Shown: piece by piece, positions 55,502-64,000 of the stretch | Position numbering within the stretch: the first letter of the stretch is position 1 | How the letters are laid out: every line of letters starts with the position of its first letter | Assembly: GCA_963700145.1 (NCBI GenBank) | Contig: OY969474.1 | Coordinates: 128,001-192,000, forward strand | Reading direction: 5' to 3' | DNA from: an uncultured Acidobacteriota bacterium | GTDB taxonomy: Bacteria > Acidobacteriota > Thermoanaerobaculia > Multivoradales > UBA5704 | DNA: 64,000 nucleotides | Notes under the pieces: generated by a model | Database searches by the model: none | Told to the model about the DNA's origin: nothing | What the model saw: the letters and a program-made list of their open reading frames with translations, nothing else | Translations under genes and position numbers: made by a program

Positions 55502-56533
55502 ATGGCGGACAGCGAAGACTTCGAGTCGACCGAGGAAAGACTCCTCTCCCGGGACACGGACGGGATCGACATCTCGTCCTATCAGGAGGGGAGCGGCCAG
55601 ACCCAGACCTACAACGCGCTGACGCGGGAGCGGCCGAGCGGCCCGCAGGGCGCGCGGGTCGAAGCCAACGTCATCCTCATCGCCCATCCGGAGAGCCGGC
55701 GGCTCGGCTCGCGCTACCGCGTCTCCCCCGGCGCCACCCTCGCGATCGGCCGCTCGGGCGCGGTGGCGATCACCCTCCCCGAGGTCATGTCCCTGTCGCG
55801 CCGCCACGCCCGCCTGCGCTACATGGGGCCGCTCGTCACGCTCGAGGACCTGGGGAGCACCAACGGCACCTACGTCAACGGCCGCCTCATCGACGGGCGG
55901 GCGGTGCTCAAGAGCGGCGACCGCTTCCAGACCGCGGCCGTCCACTTCAAGTTTCTCCACGAGAAGGACGTCGAGACCGCCTACCACGAGGCGATCTACG
56001 ATCTCGTGGCGCGCGACGGCCTGACCGAGATCTGGAACAAGCGCAAGTACGACGAGGAGATCCAGCGCGAGTTCGCGCGCGCCGTGCGCCACGGGCGGCC
56101 GCTGTCGCTCATCCTCTTCGACCTCGACGACTTCAAGCGGGTCAACGACGGCCACGGCCACCTGTGCGGCGACTTCCTGCTCAAGCACGTGGCGGGGCTG
56201 GCCCGCGAGATGGTGCGGCCCGAGCAGGTGCTGGCGCGGGTCGGCGGGGACGAGTTCGCGATCCTGGCGCCGGAGACCACGGCGCAGGGGGCGGCGATCC
56301 TGGCCACCAAGCTGTGCGACCGCATCCGCGTCCTCGACTACCGCTACGGCGACCTGCAGATCCCGGTGTCCTGCTCCTTCGGCGTGGCGGAGCTCGGCCC
56401 CGGGATGGTGCACGCCGAGAGCCTGTACGAGGCCGCCGACCGCGCCCTCCTCCAGGTCAAGCGCGAGGGGCGGGACCGCGTGGGTGTGGCCGAGGAGGCG
56501 GGGCCGGCCAAGGTCCCCGCAGCGGCCCCGTAG
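55502..56533 (+). CDS. FHA-domain diguanylate cyclase
   Basis: FHA IGRS...SRRHA...DLGSTNGTYVNG; DLDDFKRVND, RVGGDEF; upstream TACAAT at 55469. Confidence 0.92.
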   Translation: MADSEDFESTEERLLSRDTDGIDISSYQEGSGQTQTYNALTRERPSGPQGARVEANVILIAHPESRRLGSRYRVSPGATLAIGRSGAVAITLPEVMSLSRRHARLRYMGPLVTLEDLGSTNGTYVNGRLIDGRAVLKSGDRFQTAAVHFKFLHEKDVETAYHEAIYDLVARDGLTEIWNKRKYDEEIQREFARAVRHGRPLSLILFDLDDFKRVNDGHGHLCGDFLLKHVAGLAREMVRPEQVLARVGGDEFAILAPETTAQGAAILATKLCDRIRVLDYRYGDLQIPVSCSFGVAELGPGMVHAESLYEAADRALLQVKREGRDRVGVAEEAGPAKVPAAAP

Positions 56534-56557
56534 CGCCCGGCCTACGTGCCGGGCGTT

Positions 56558-58567
56558 CTAGTTACCTCCCGGCGTCGCCGGCGCCGCCACCCGCGGCGTC
56601 AGCAGGTGCCGCTCCATGAACTCGAAGACCACCGCCTGCAGGTAGTCCACGTTCGGCTTCTTGGCGAAGCCGTGCCCCTCGTTCTTGCCGACGACGTACC
56701 AGACGGCGGCGCCGTTGGCCTCGACCGCCTTGACGATCTCCTCCGACTCCGAGAGCGGCACGCGCGGGTCGTTGGCGCCCTGCGCCACGACCAGCGGGCG
56801 GCGGATCTTGGCCGCCTGGCGGCGCGGCGAGATGCGCTCGAAGAAGGCGCGCATCTCCGGCAGCCGCTCGTCGCCGTACTCCGCCCGCCGCAGGTCGCGC
56901 CGGTACTCCTGGGTGTTCTCGAGGAAGGTGGTGAAGTCGCTGATCCCCACCGACTCCGAGGCGCAGCAGAGCCGGTCTCCGTAGTGGACGAGGCTGGCGA
57001 GCACCATGTAGCCGCCGTAGGAGCCGCCCATGACCATGACGCGCGAGGCGTCGAGGTCGGGCTGCGTGGCGACCCAGTCGAGGAGAGCGCCGATGTCCTT
57101 GACCGAGTCCTCCCGCTTCATCGCGTTGTCGAGGCCGCCGTAGGTCTTGCCGTAACCCGTCGAGCCGCGGACGTTCGGCAGGATCAGGACGATCCCCTTC
57201 TCGTCGACGAGGTAGTTGTTGGCGCCCTGGAAGCCGGGGCGGCTCTGCCCCTCGGGGCCGCCGTGGATGTTGATCAGCACCGGCCGCGGGCCGGGGAAGC
57301 GCTCCGCGGCGGGGCGGTAGACCCAGGCCGGGATGGTCCGCCGCGTTCCCGGCGCCGTCTCGTCGAAGGTGGGGAAGCGGACCAGCTCGGGCACCGCGAA
57401 GCGGGAGGCGTCGAGGCCGCCGACCTCGCTCTCGGTCCAGCGGTCGAGCCGGCGCGCCTCCGGGTCGTAGCTGTAGACGTCGGAGGGGGAGCGCGCCCAG
57501 GAGAGGCGGAAGGCGACCTCGCGGCTGTCCGGCCGGAAGGCGAGGCTGTCGGCCACCCCTTGCGGCAGGTCCGGGGCGGGCAGCTCGCGGCCGGTCGCGG
57601 TCTCGAGCAGGTGGAGCTTGCCGAACCCCTCCTCGTTGGTGAAGTAGGCGATGAGGCTGCCGTCGTCCGCGACGTCGAAGCCCTCGACGTCCCAGGGATG
57701 ATCGCCGGAGAGCACCGTGTGCTCGCCGGTCGCGGGATCCAGCCGCACCAGGCGGTGGAACTCCGAGTCGCGGTCGGTCGTGGTGTAGACCGCGCGGCCG
57801 TCCGGCGTCCAGAGGCTGTCGAAGTAGGCGAGCTTCGCGCCCTCCGGGCGCGGCGTCAGCGCCTGGAGCGCGCCGCTCGCCACGTCGACCGCGTGCAGGT
57901 AGCTCTCGTGCACGGAGACGAACCGGCCGATCAGGAGGCGCCGGTCGTCCGGGCTCCAGTCGAGGATGCTCCAGTCCCCCTCCAGCTCGGCCACCCGCCG
58001 CTCGGCGCCGCTCGCCGCGTCCCAGACGTAGAGGTCCATGTCGCGGCCGTTGCGCGCGTTGCCGGTGTAGGCGAGCAGGCGGCCGTCGTGCGACCACTCG
58101 GCCCCCTGGTGGCGGTGCACGCCGTCGGTGATGCGCCGGGTGCGCGCCGCGGCGCGGTCGAGGAGGTAGAGCTGGAAGTTCTCGGCGCCGCCCTTGTCCA
58201 TCGAATAGACGAGTTGCTCCGGGTGCCCCGGGCGGTAGCCGCCGGCGAGGATGCGCTCGGGCTCGAAGGTGAGCTGCGTGCGCGCCCCGAGAGGCATCTT
58301 CAGCTCGTGGAGCTGGTTGGTCTCGGCGAAGCGGGTGGTGACGAGGAGGCGCCGCTCGGTCGGATGCCAGTCCTGGAGCGTCGCCGAGCGGCTGTTCTGG
58401 TACGGCCGCATGGCGTCGAGCGTGCTCTTGGGGATCGGCGGCACGTTCTTGACGACGATCGCCTCCGGCACCGGGATCGGCTCCGGCGTGGCGGTGGCTG
58501 CGGGCTCGGCGGCGGCGAGGGGAAGAGGCGCCGCGAGGAGCAGCGCGGCCAGGAGAGTGCGGGTCAT
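56558..58567 (-). CDS. Secreted S9 (prolyl oligopeptidase/acylaminoacyl) peptidase
   Basis: IHGGPE, GGSYGG, GANDPRVP, EGHGF; RBS GGAGG. Confidence 0.93.
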   Translation of the reverse strand: MTRTLLAALLLAAPLPLAAAEPAATATPEPIPVPEAIVVKNVPPIPKSTLDAMRPYQNSRSATLQDWHPTERRLLVTTRFAETNQLHELKMPLGARTQLTFEPERILAGGYRPGHPEQLVYSMDKGGAENFQLYLLDRAAARTRRITDGVHRHQGAEWSHDGRLLAYTGNARNGRDMDLYVWDAASGAERRVAELEGDWSILDWSPDDRRLLIGRFVSVHESYLHAVDVASGALQALTPRPEGAKLAYFDSLWTPDGRAVYTTTDRDSEFHRLVRLDPATGEHTVLSGDHPWDVEGFDVADDGSLIAYFTNEEGFGKLHLLETATGRELPAPDLPQGVADSLAFRPDSREVAFRLSWARSPSDVYSYDPEARRLDRWTESEVGGLDASRFAVPELVRFPTFDETAPGTRRTIPAWVYRPAAERFPGPRPVLINIHGGPEGQSRPGFQGANNYLVDEKGIVLILPNVRGSTGYGKTYGGLDNAMKREDSVKDIGALLDWVATQPDLDASRVMVMGGSYGGYMVLASLVHYGDRLCCASESVGISDFTTFLENTQEYRRDLRRAEYGDERLPEMRAFFERISPRRQAAKIRRPLVVAQGANDPRVPLSESEEIVKAVEANGAAVWYVVGKNEGHGFAKKPNVDYLQAVVFEFMERHLLTPRVAAPATPGGN

Positions 58568-58738
58568 CGGAGTCCTCCGGATGGTTCGCTTCGGAACGGG
58601 CGTTGGAGCATACACCGCGCTGGCGGCACGCCGCGAAGCCCTGCGCCTGAACCGCGAAATTCGCCGCGCCTGTCCGTCCCTTCCTGCGAACGCGACAGCT
58701 GGCCCTACTGGCCGGCCTCCTCGTGCAGGGGGATTCCC

Positions 58739-60649
58739 ATGAGCGAACAGGGTTCTCGCGCCGCCACTCTTCTCGCAGTCCTTCTCCTGCTGCTTACGAC
58801 AGGGGCGCGCGCAATGCCCCCTCCGCGCGACGGTGGGGAACTCCCGGAGGCCTACCTGGAGAGGGTCGAAGAGGACCCCAGGGCGTTCACCTTCAGCCGT
58901 GCCTTGCTCGGCCAGGTGCAGAGGATCCGGAACAACCGGGCGCGCGCGGCCATCGGGGCGCTCGCCGCCGAAGACATTGATGCAGTCGGCGGCATCGCGG
59001 TTGAAGGGGAGCGTTCCATCCCCGTCCTACCGGTGAAGTTCGGCAACACCGGACAGGATCCTTATGCCGCGGCCGCGCTGCAGCGGCAGCTCTTCGACGG
59101 TCCCTCCGCCACGGGGACGATGACCGACTACTACCGCGAGGTCTCTTATGGGCTGCTCACCGTGACAGGCACCGTCCGCCCGTGGGCGACCCTGGCACGC
59201 GACGACACGTTCTACGAGGGCGCCGACTTCCGCGGGACTGGCGGGGTCATGAAGCCCTGTAACGGTATGTGCCGCGGCGCTGCCACTGGGGACCTCCTGA
59301 AAGAGGCGCTCACGGCCAACGATACCGACCTGGATTTCGGACAGTTCGACAACGACGGGCCGGACGGCGTTCCCAACTCAGGCGACGACAACGGCTTCGT
59401 GGACTTCGTCGCCTTCGTCCATCCGGAAGCCGGGGGCGAATGCGAGGAAGCGGCGAGCGTCCGGAACATCTGGTCTCACCGCTGGGTCTACAGCGCTTGG
59501 AAGGGGCAGGCCTTCGTCACCGGTGATAGGAAGCACGGAGGCGGCTTCATCCGTGTGGACGATTACGTGATCACGCCCGCCGTGGCCTGCGATCAGACGA
59601 CGATGATTCAGATCGGCGTCTTCGCGCACGAGTTCGGCCATGCCTTCGGGCTCCCCGACCTGTACGACACGGACCGCGAGAACGGCGAGTCCGAGGGCGT
59701 CGGGCACTGGTGTCTGATGGGGGCCGGCGCGTGGGGAGGGGATGGCAAGCATCCCGAGCGTCCCGCTCACCTGTCGGCGTGGGCCAAGAGCTTCCTCGGC
59801 TGGATCTTCCCCCATCCCGTGAGGGTCGGCGAGGAGTTCAGACCGGCCGAGATCCCGGCGATCGAGACGGCGCGTCTCGCCTTCAAGATCCCGATCTCGC
59901 CGAGCCAGTACTACCTCGTTGAAAACCGGCAACGGCAGGGCTTCGACGAACACCTCACCGGCAGCGGTCTGCTGATCTGGAAGATAAACGACAGCGCCGT
60001 CACCGCGGGCCTCCTCGGCAACAGCGTGAACGCCGACGAGACCAACAAGGGAGTCGGCCTCGAGCAGGCTGACGGCCTCGACGAGCTCGACGGCGTTGGC
60101 AATCGCGGGGACGACGGGGATGTCTTCGCGGGGAGCACCCGCAACACGCGGTTTCAAAACAGCTCGCGGCCCCGGAGCTTCGGCCGGACCGCCGTCTGCG
60201 ATGTCGGCGCCGCCGGGCCGGTCATGACGGCTCACCTCCTAACCGGCACGGGCACTTGTCCGGACACGCCGCAGGCCGCCCCCGCGGCCGCGGCGCCGGC
60301 AACGGTCGAGCCTACTCAGCCCGCAGAGCACGTTTCCATCTCGGATATGGCGGCGACGCCGGAGAGATATCTCAACCAGAGCGTTCGCCTGACCGGCACC
60401 CTCGTGAATCTGGGGACCAATCTATTCACCGACCGTCGCATCGTTCTCCGGGACGCCGCAGGGACCACGATCGAAGTGGAGCCGTGGCTCCCCTTGGAAA
60501 GCCCGCCGGGGGGCCGGGCCGGGCCGGCGACGCTCGCCAACTATCTCGGCAAGAAGGTCGAGATCCTCGGCGAGCTCGAACGAAAGACGGTCGACGGCCA
60601 AACCCTCGTGCTCGAGGTGACGGAGGCCGAGGTGGTACCGCCGTCGTAG
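58739..60649 (+). CDS. M6 (immune inhibitor A-like) metalloprotease with C-terminal OB-fold-like domain
   Basis: IWSHRW, GVFAHEFGHAFGLPDLYD, WCLMGAG, YYLVENRQ. Confidence 0.9.
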   Translation: MSEQGSRAATLLAVLLLLLTTGARAMPPPRDGGELPEAYLERVEEDPRAFTFSRALLGQVQRIRNNRARAAIGALAAEDIDAVGGIAVEGERSIPVLPVKFGNTGQDPYAAAALQRQLFDGPSATGTMTDYYREVSYGLLTVTGTVRPWATLARDDTFYEGADFRGTGGVMKPCNGMCRGAATGDLLKEALTANDTDLDFGQFDNDGPDGVPNSGDDNGFVDFVAFVHPEAGGECEEAASVRNIWSHRWVYSAWKGQAFVTGDRKHGGGFIRVDDYVITPAVACDQTTMIQIGVFAHEFGHAFGLPDLYDTDRENGESEGVGHWCLMGAGAWGGDGKHPERPAHLSAWAKSFLGWIFPHPVRVGEEFRPAEIPAIETARLAFKIPISPSQYYLVENRQRQGFDEHLTGSGLLIWKINDSAVTAGLLGNSVNADETNKGVGLEQADGLDELDGVGNRGDDGDVFAGSTRNTRFQNSSRPRSFGRTAVCDVGAAGPVMTAHLLTGTGTCPDTPQAAPAAAAPATVEPTQPAEHVSISDMAATPERYLNQSVRLTGTLVNLGTNLFTDRRIVLRDAAGTTIEVEPWLPLESPPGGRAGPATLANYLGKKVEILGELERKTVDGQTLVLEVTEAEVVPPS

Positions 60650-60752
60650 CCGCGCGAGCGACTCCGCTCGCCGTCGAAGTCTTGGGGGCTGCTCTCTCGT
60701 CGCGAGGTTCGTCGTCTGGGCCTTCCGGACCCTTGGGTACAATCCCCTCGAG

Positions 60753-62467
60753 ATGCTCCGCGAGCTGCACGTCAAGAACCTGGCCGTGCTGGCGGAGGCG
60801 CGGGTGGAGCTCGCGGCGGGGCTCAACGTGCTCTCGGGGGAGACCGGGGCGGGGAAGTCGATCGTCGTGGATTCCTTGGCGCTGCTGGCCGGGGCGCGGG
60901 CTTCGCTCGACCTGATCCGCACCGGCGCCGAGAGCCTCTGGCTCGCCGGGGTGTTCGCGCCGGAGGGCGCCGGCTGGCGCGAGCTGCTGGAGGCCGCCGG
61001 GCTCGACGCCGAGGGAGACGAGGTGCTGGTCCGCCGCGAGATCGCCCGCGGCGGCAAGAGCCGCGTCTTCGTCAACGACCAGCCGACGACGCTCCGCCTC
61101 CTCGCCGACCTCGCGCCCTACCTCCTCCGCATCCACGGCCAGCGTGACGAGCTGGGCCTCACCACGCCCGACCTGCAGCGCGAGTGGCTCGACCGCAGCG
61201 GCGGCGAGGCGGCGGTGCCGCTGCTCGGCCGCGTCGCCGACGCCTGGGCGCGCCACGCCCGCCTCGCCGAGCGCCTCGCCGGCCTCGAAGGGGACGAGCG
61301 CGCCCGCCGCGAGCGGCTCGACCTCCTCCGCTTCCAGGCCGGCGAGATCGACACCGCGCGCCCGGTTGGCGGCGAGGAGAACGACCTGCGCGCCGAGCGC
61401 GACCTGCTGCGCCACGCCGAGGCGATCGCCCGCGGCCTCGGCGGCTCGCTCGCCCTGCTCTTCGAGGAGGAGGGGTCGGCGGTGGACCGCGTCGCCCGCG
61501 CTCACGCCCTCCTCCAGGAGATCGCCGCCTGGGACCGCGAGGCCGGCCCCTGGGCGGCCGAGCTCGACGAGCTGCGGGCGCGGCTCGCCGAGGTCGCCCA
61601 CGGCGTCGCCCGGCGGCTCGACGGCCTGGAGGCCGACCCGGCGCGCCTCGACGCCGTCGAGGAGCGCCTGGCCGTCCTCGAGCGCCTGTTCAAGAAGCAC
61701 GGCGGCTCCTCGGCGGCGCTCCTCGCCCGGCGGCGGGAGATCGAGACCGAGCTCGCCGAGCTGACCGGCGACGAGGCGGGGCGGGAGGAGCTGGCGGCGC
61801 GGGCGGCGGCGACGCTCGCCGAGTACCGCGAGGCGGCGCTCGCCCTCTCGGCGGCGCGCGCGACGTGGGGGAAGGCGCTGGCGGAGCGCATGCGGGCCGA
61901 GCTGGCGGACCTCGGGCTCGGCAAGGCGCGCCTGGCCGTCCGGCTCGAGCGGCGCCGGCGTGCCGACAGTCCCCTCGTCCTCGACGGCGAGCCGGTCGAG
62001 ATGGGCGCCGAGGGCGTGGACCAGGTGGTCTTCACCTTCGCCCCCAACCCCGGCGAGGAGCCGCGCCCACTCGCCCGGATCGCCTCGGGGGGGAGCTCGC
62101 CCGCCTCTACCTCGCCCTGCAGCTCGCCGCCCGGGTGGACGCCGAGGAGGCGCGCCCGACCCTGGTTTTCGACGAGGTGGACGCCGGGATCGGCGGCGCC
62201 GAGGCGGCGGCCTTGGGCCGCAAACTGCAGCGGCTGGCGCGCGGCGGGCAGATCCTGGCGGTGACCCATCTGCCCCAGGTCGCCAGCCACGCCGACACCC
62301 ACTTCCGGGTGGCCAAGCGGGTCGAGCGCGGGCGGACGCACGTGGCGGTCGAGCCGCTCGACCGCACGGCGCGGGTCGAGGAGGTGGCGCGGATGCTCGC
62401 CGGCAGCGAGGTCACCCGCCTTTCGCTGTCGCACGCCCGCGAGCTGATCGCCGCGGCGGCGCGATGA
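60753..62467 (+). CDS. recN: DNA repair protein RecN, frameshifted at the G7 run 62087-62093
   Basis: GETGAGKS, IHGQ; frame changes within SGGE; C-terminal FDEVDAGIGG and VTHLPQVA are in another frame. Confidence 0.93.
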
Positions 62468-63102
62468 CGGCGCCGCCGGCCTTCTGGCGCTGGGGGGACC
62501 CGGTCGCCCCTCTCGCCGCCCTCCTCGCCCGCGGCGGCCTCCTCGCCGTCCCTACCGAGTCGAGCTACGCCCTGGCCGCCGACCCGCGCAATGCGGCGGG
62601 GGTCGCCGCGGTTTACAGAGTGAAGGGGCGAGACGCGGGCAAGCCGCTGCCGGTGGTGGTGGCGGGGCCCGAGCAGCTCGCCAGCTTGGGGATCGACCCC
62701 GGGCTCCCTATACTGGACGCCCTCGCCGCGCTCTGGCCGGCGCCGCTCACCGTGGCGCTGCCGCTCACCCGGCCGCTGCCCGCGGCGGCGGGGGAGGCGA
62801 CGCTGGCGGTGCGGGTTCCGGCCCACGCCGGCCTGCGGCGCCTGCTCGCCGCGCTGGGGACGCCGCTGACGGCGACCAGCGCCAACAGGAGCGGCGGGCC
62901 GCCGCTGCTCGAGCCGCACGACGCGGCCGAGCTGCTGGCGGGTGAGGACGCTGTGGTGGTGGACGGCGGTTGTCTCCCCGGAGGGGCGCCGTCGACGCTC
63001 GTGGAGCTCGGCCCCGCCGGCCTCCGCGTGCTGCGTGAAGGGGCCTTCCCGGTCGAGCGCCTGCGCGCCCGGCTCGGCGAGGCGCAAATGGACTCTCGCT
63101 GA
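62464..63102 (+). CDS. tsaC: L-threonylcarbamoyladenylate synthase (TsaC/YrdC/Sua5)
   Basis: PTESSYAL, KGRDAGKPL, TSANRSG, PSTLV. Confidence 0.88.
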   Translation: MTAPPAFWRWGDPVAPLAALLARGGLLAVPTESSYALAADPRNAAGVAAVYRVKGRDAGKPLPVVVAGPEQLASLGIDPGLPILDALAALWPAPLTVALPLTRPLPAAAGEATLAVRVPAHAGLRRLLAALGTPLTATSANRSGGPPLLEPHDAAELLAGEDAVVVDGGCLPGGAPSTLVELGPAGLRVLREGAFPVERLRARLGEAQMDSR

Positions 63103-63115
63103 CCGAGGAAGCACG

Positions 63116-64000
63116 ATGAACCGCCGCTCGCTCCCAGCCCCTCTCCTCGCCCTCGCCCTGCTCGCGGCCGTCGCCGCGCCCGCCGCCGCGGCACCGCCCG
63201 CGCCGGCCCCGGCCGCCGCCGCCACCATCCCGATCGACGAGGTCCACGTCGGCCAGAAGGGCTACGGCCTCTCGGTCTTCACCGGCGGCCAAGTGGAGCG
63301 CTTCGAGGTCGAGGTGCTGGGCGTGCTTCGCAACCTCACCCCGGACACCAGCTACATCCTGGCGCGGCTCACCGGCCACGGGCTGGAGAAGCACGGCGTC
63401 ATCGCCGGCATGAGCGGCAGCCCGGTCTTCCTCGACGGCCGGCTGGCCGGCGCGGTGGCGTTCGGCTGGCCGTTCTCGAACGACGCGGTCGGGGGCATCA
63501 CGCCGATCGCCGACATGCGCCGGCTCAACAGCCTGGCGTCTTCGGCGGCCACACCCGCCGCGAGCCCGCCCTTGCCGCCGGTGGCGCTCGCCGACCTGCT
63601 CGGCGCCAAGCTCCCCGCCGGATTGCTCGAGCGCGAGCTGGCGCGCCTGCGGCCGCCGGTCGCCGCGGGCGGCGTGTCGAGCGTCCAGTGGTCCGCCGCC
63701 GGCTTCGGCGAGCTGTCCCAGGGGCTCCTGCGGCAGGCGCTCGGGCCGGTCTTCTCGGCCGGCGCGGCGCCCGGCGGCACCGGTACGGCACTCCCCGGCG
63801 CCGCCCCCGCCACCCTTGCGCCCGGCGCCGCGGTCGGCGCCGTGCTGATCGACGGCGACCTCAAGTTCGCGGCCACCGGCACGGTCACCGACGTCGAGGG
63901 CGACCAGGTCATCGCGTTCGGTCACCCCCTCCTCGGCCTGGGCCCGATCTCGCTGCCGATGGCGAGCTCGGAGATCGTCACCGTCATCTCGAACCAGTAC
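63116..64000 (+). CDS. SpoIVB-like S55 peptidase domain protein (runs off window)
   Basis: GQKGYGLSVF, GVIAGMSGSPV, ITPI, ATGTVT, AFGHP. Confidence 0.9.
   Translation, partial: MNRRSLPAPLLALALLAAVAAPAAAAPPAPAPAAAATIPIDEVHVGQKGYGLSVFTGGQVERFEVEVLGVLRNLTPDTSYILARLTGHGLEKHGVIAGMSGSPVFLDGRLAGAVAFGWPFSNDAVGGITPIADMRRLNSLASSAATPAASPPLPPVALADLLGAKLPAGLLERELARLRPPVAAGGVSSVQWSAAGFGELSQGLLRQALGPVFSAGAAPGGTGTALPGAAPATLAPGAAVGAVLIDGDLKFAATGTVTDVEGDQVIAFGHPLLGLGPISLPMASSEIVTVISNQY

Noticed and set aside
56546-58738. Long N-terminal extension of the M6 protease ORF
   Set aside because: Antisense to the S9 peptidase; the real start with signal peptide is at 58739

Overview
High-GC bacterial chromosome segment with about 46 protein-coding genes. 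It is very likely Acidobacteriota, probably Thermoanaerobaculia; this is inferred from an ADOP-type permease, an acidobacterial VWA/GWxTD-like protein and a FWFF..N.E..KVLDG..NG.YWVF domain. No rRNA, tRNA, CRISPR array, integrase or transposase was recognised. Most of the window is housekeeping genes and secreted hydrolases (S8, S9, M6 and S55 peptidases, PhoD, sulfatase-like, serine hydrolase, MtgA, CorA, RecN with a 1-nt frameshift, TsaC). The most unusual zone is 4.8-14.5 kb. It holds a lower-GC single-gene island encoding a ~1420-aa PD-(D/E)xK nuclease + STAND NTPase (Avs/NLR-like defence candidate), bracketed by a ~100-bp degenerate duplication of the 3' end of the neighbouring oxidoreductase gene. 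Right after it is a 16-unit, 21-bp-period GAAGCTT array, whose core palindrome recurs as a solo copy on the far side of the S8 protease gene. Other items of note: a 20-bp palindromic tandem array upstream of a radical SAM gene; two long unexplained stem-loops in a 650-bp intergenic gap; an hcrCAB-like molybdoenzyme operon interrupted by a secreted-protein gene; a GNAT/BoxB-like diiron/proline dehydrogenase operon lacking the usual reductase; two sigma-54 promoters; and a REP-like repeat that seems to form part of a signal peptide. All product calls are motif recognition by eye; no database search or folding computation was run.
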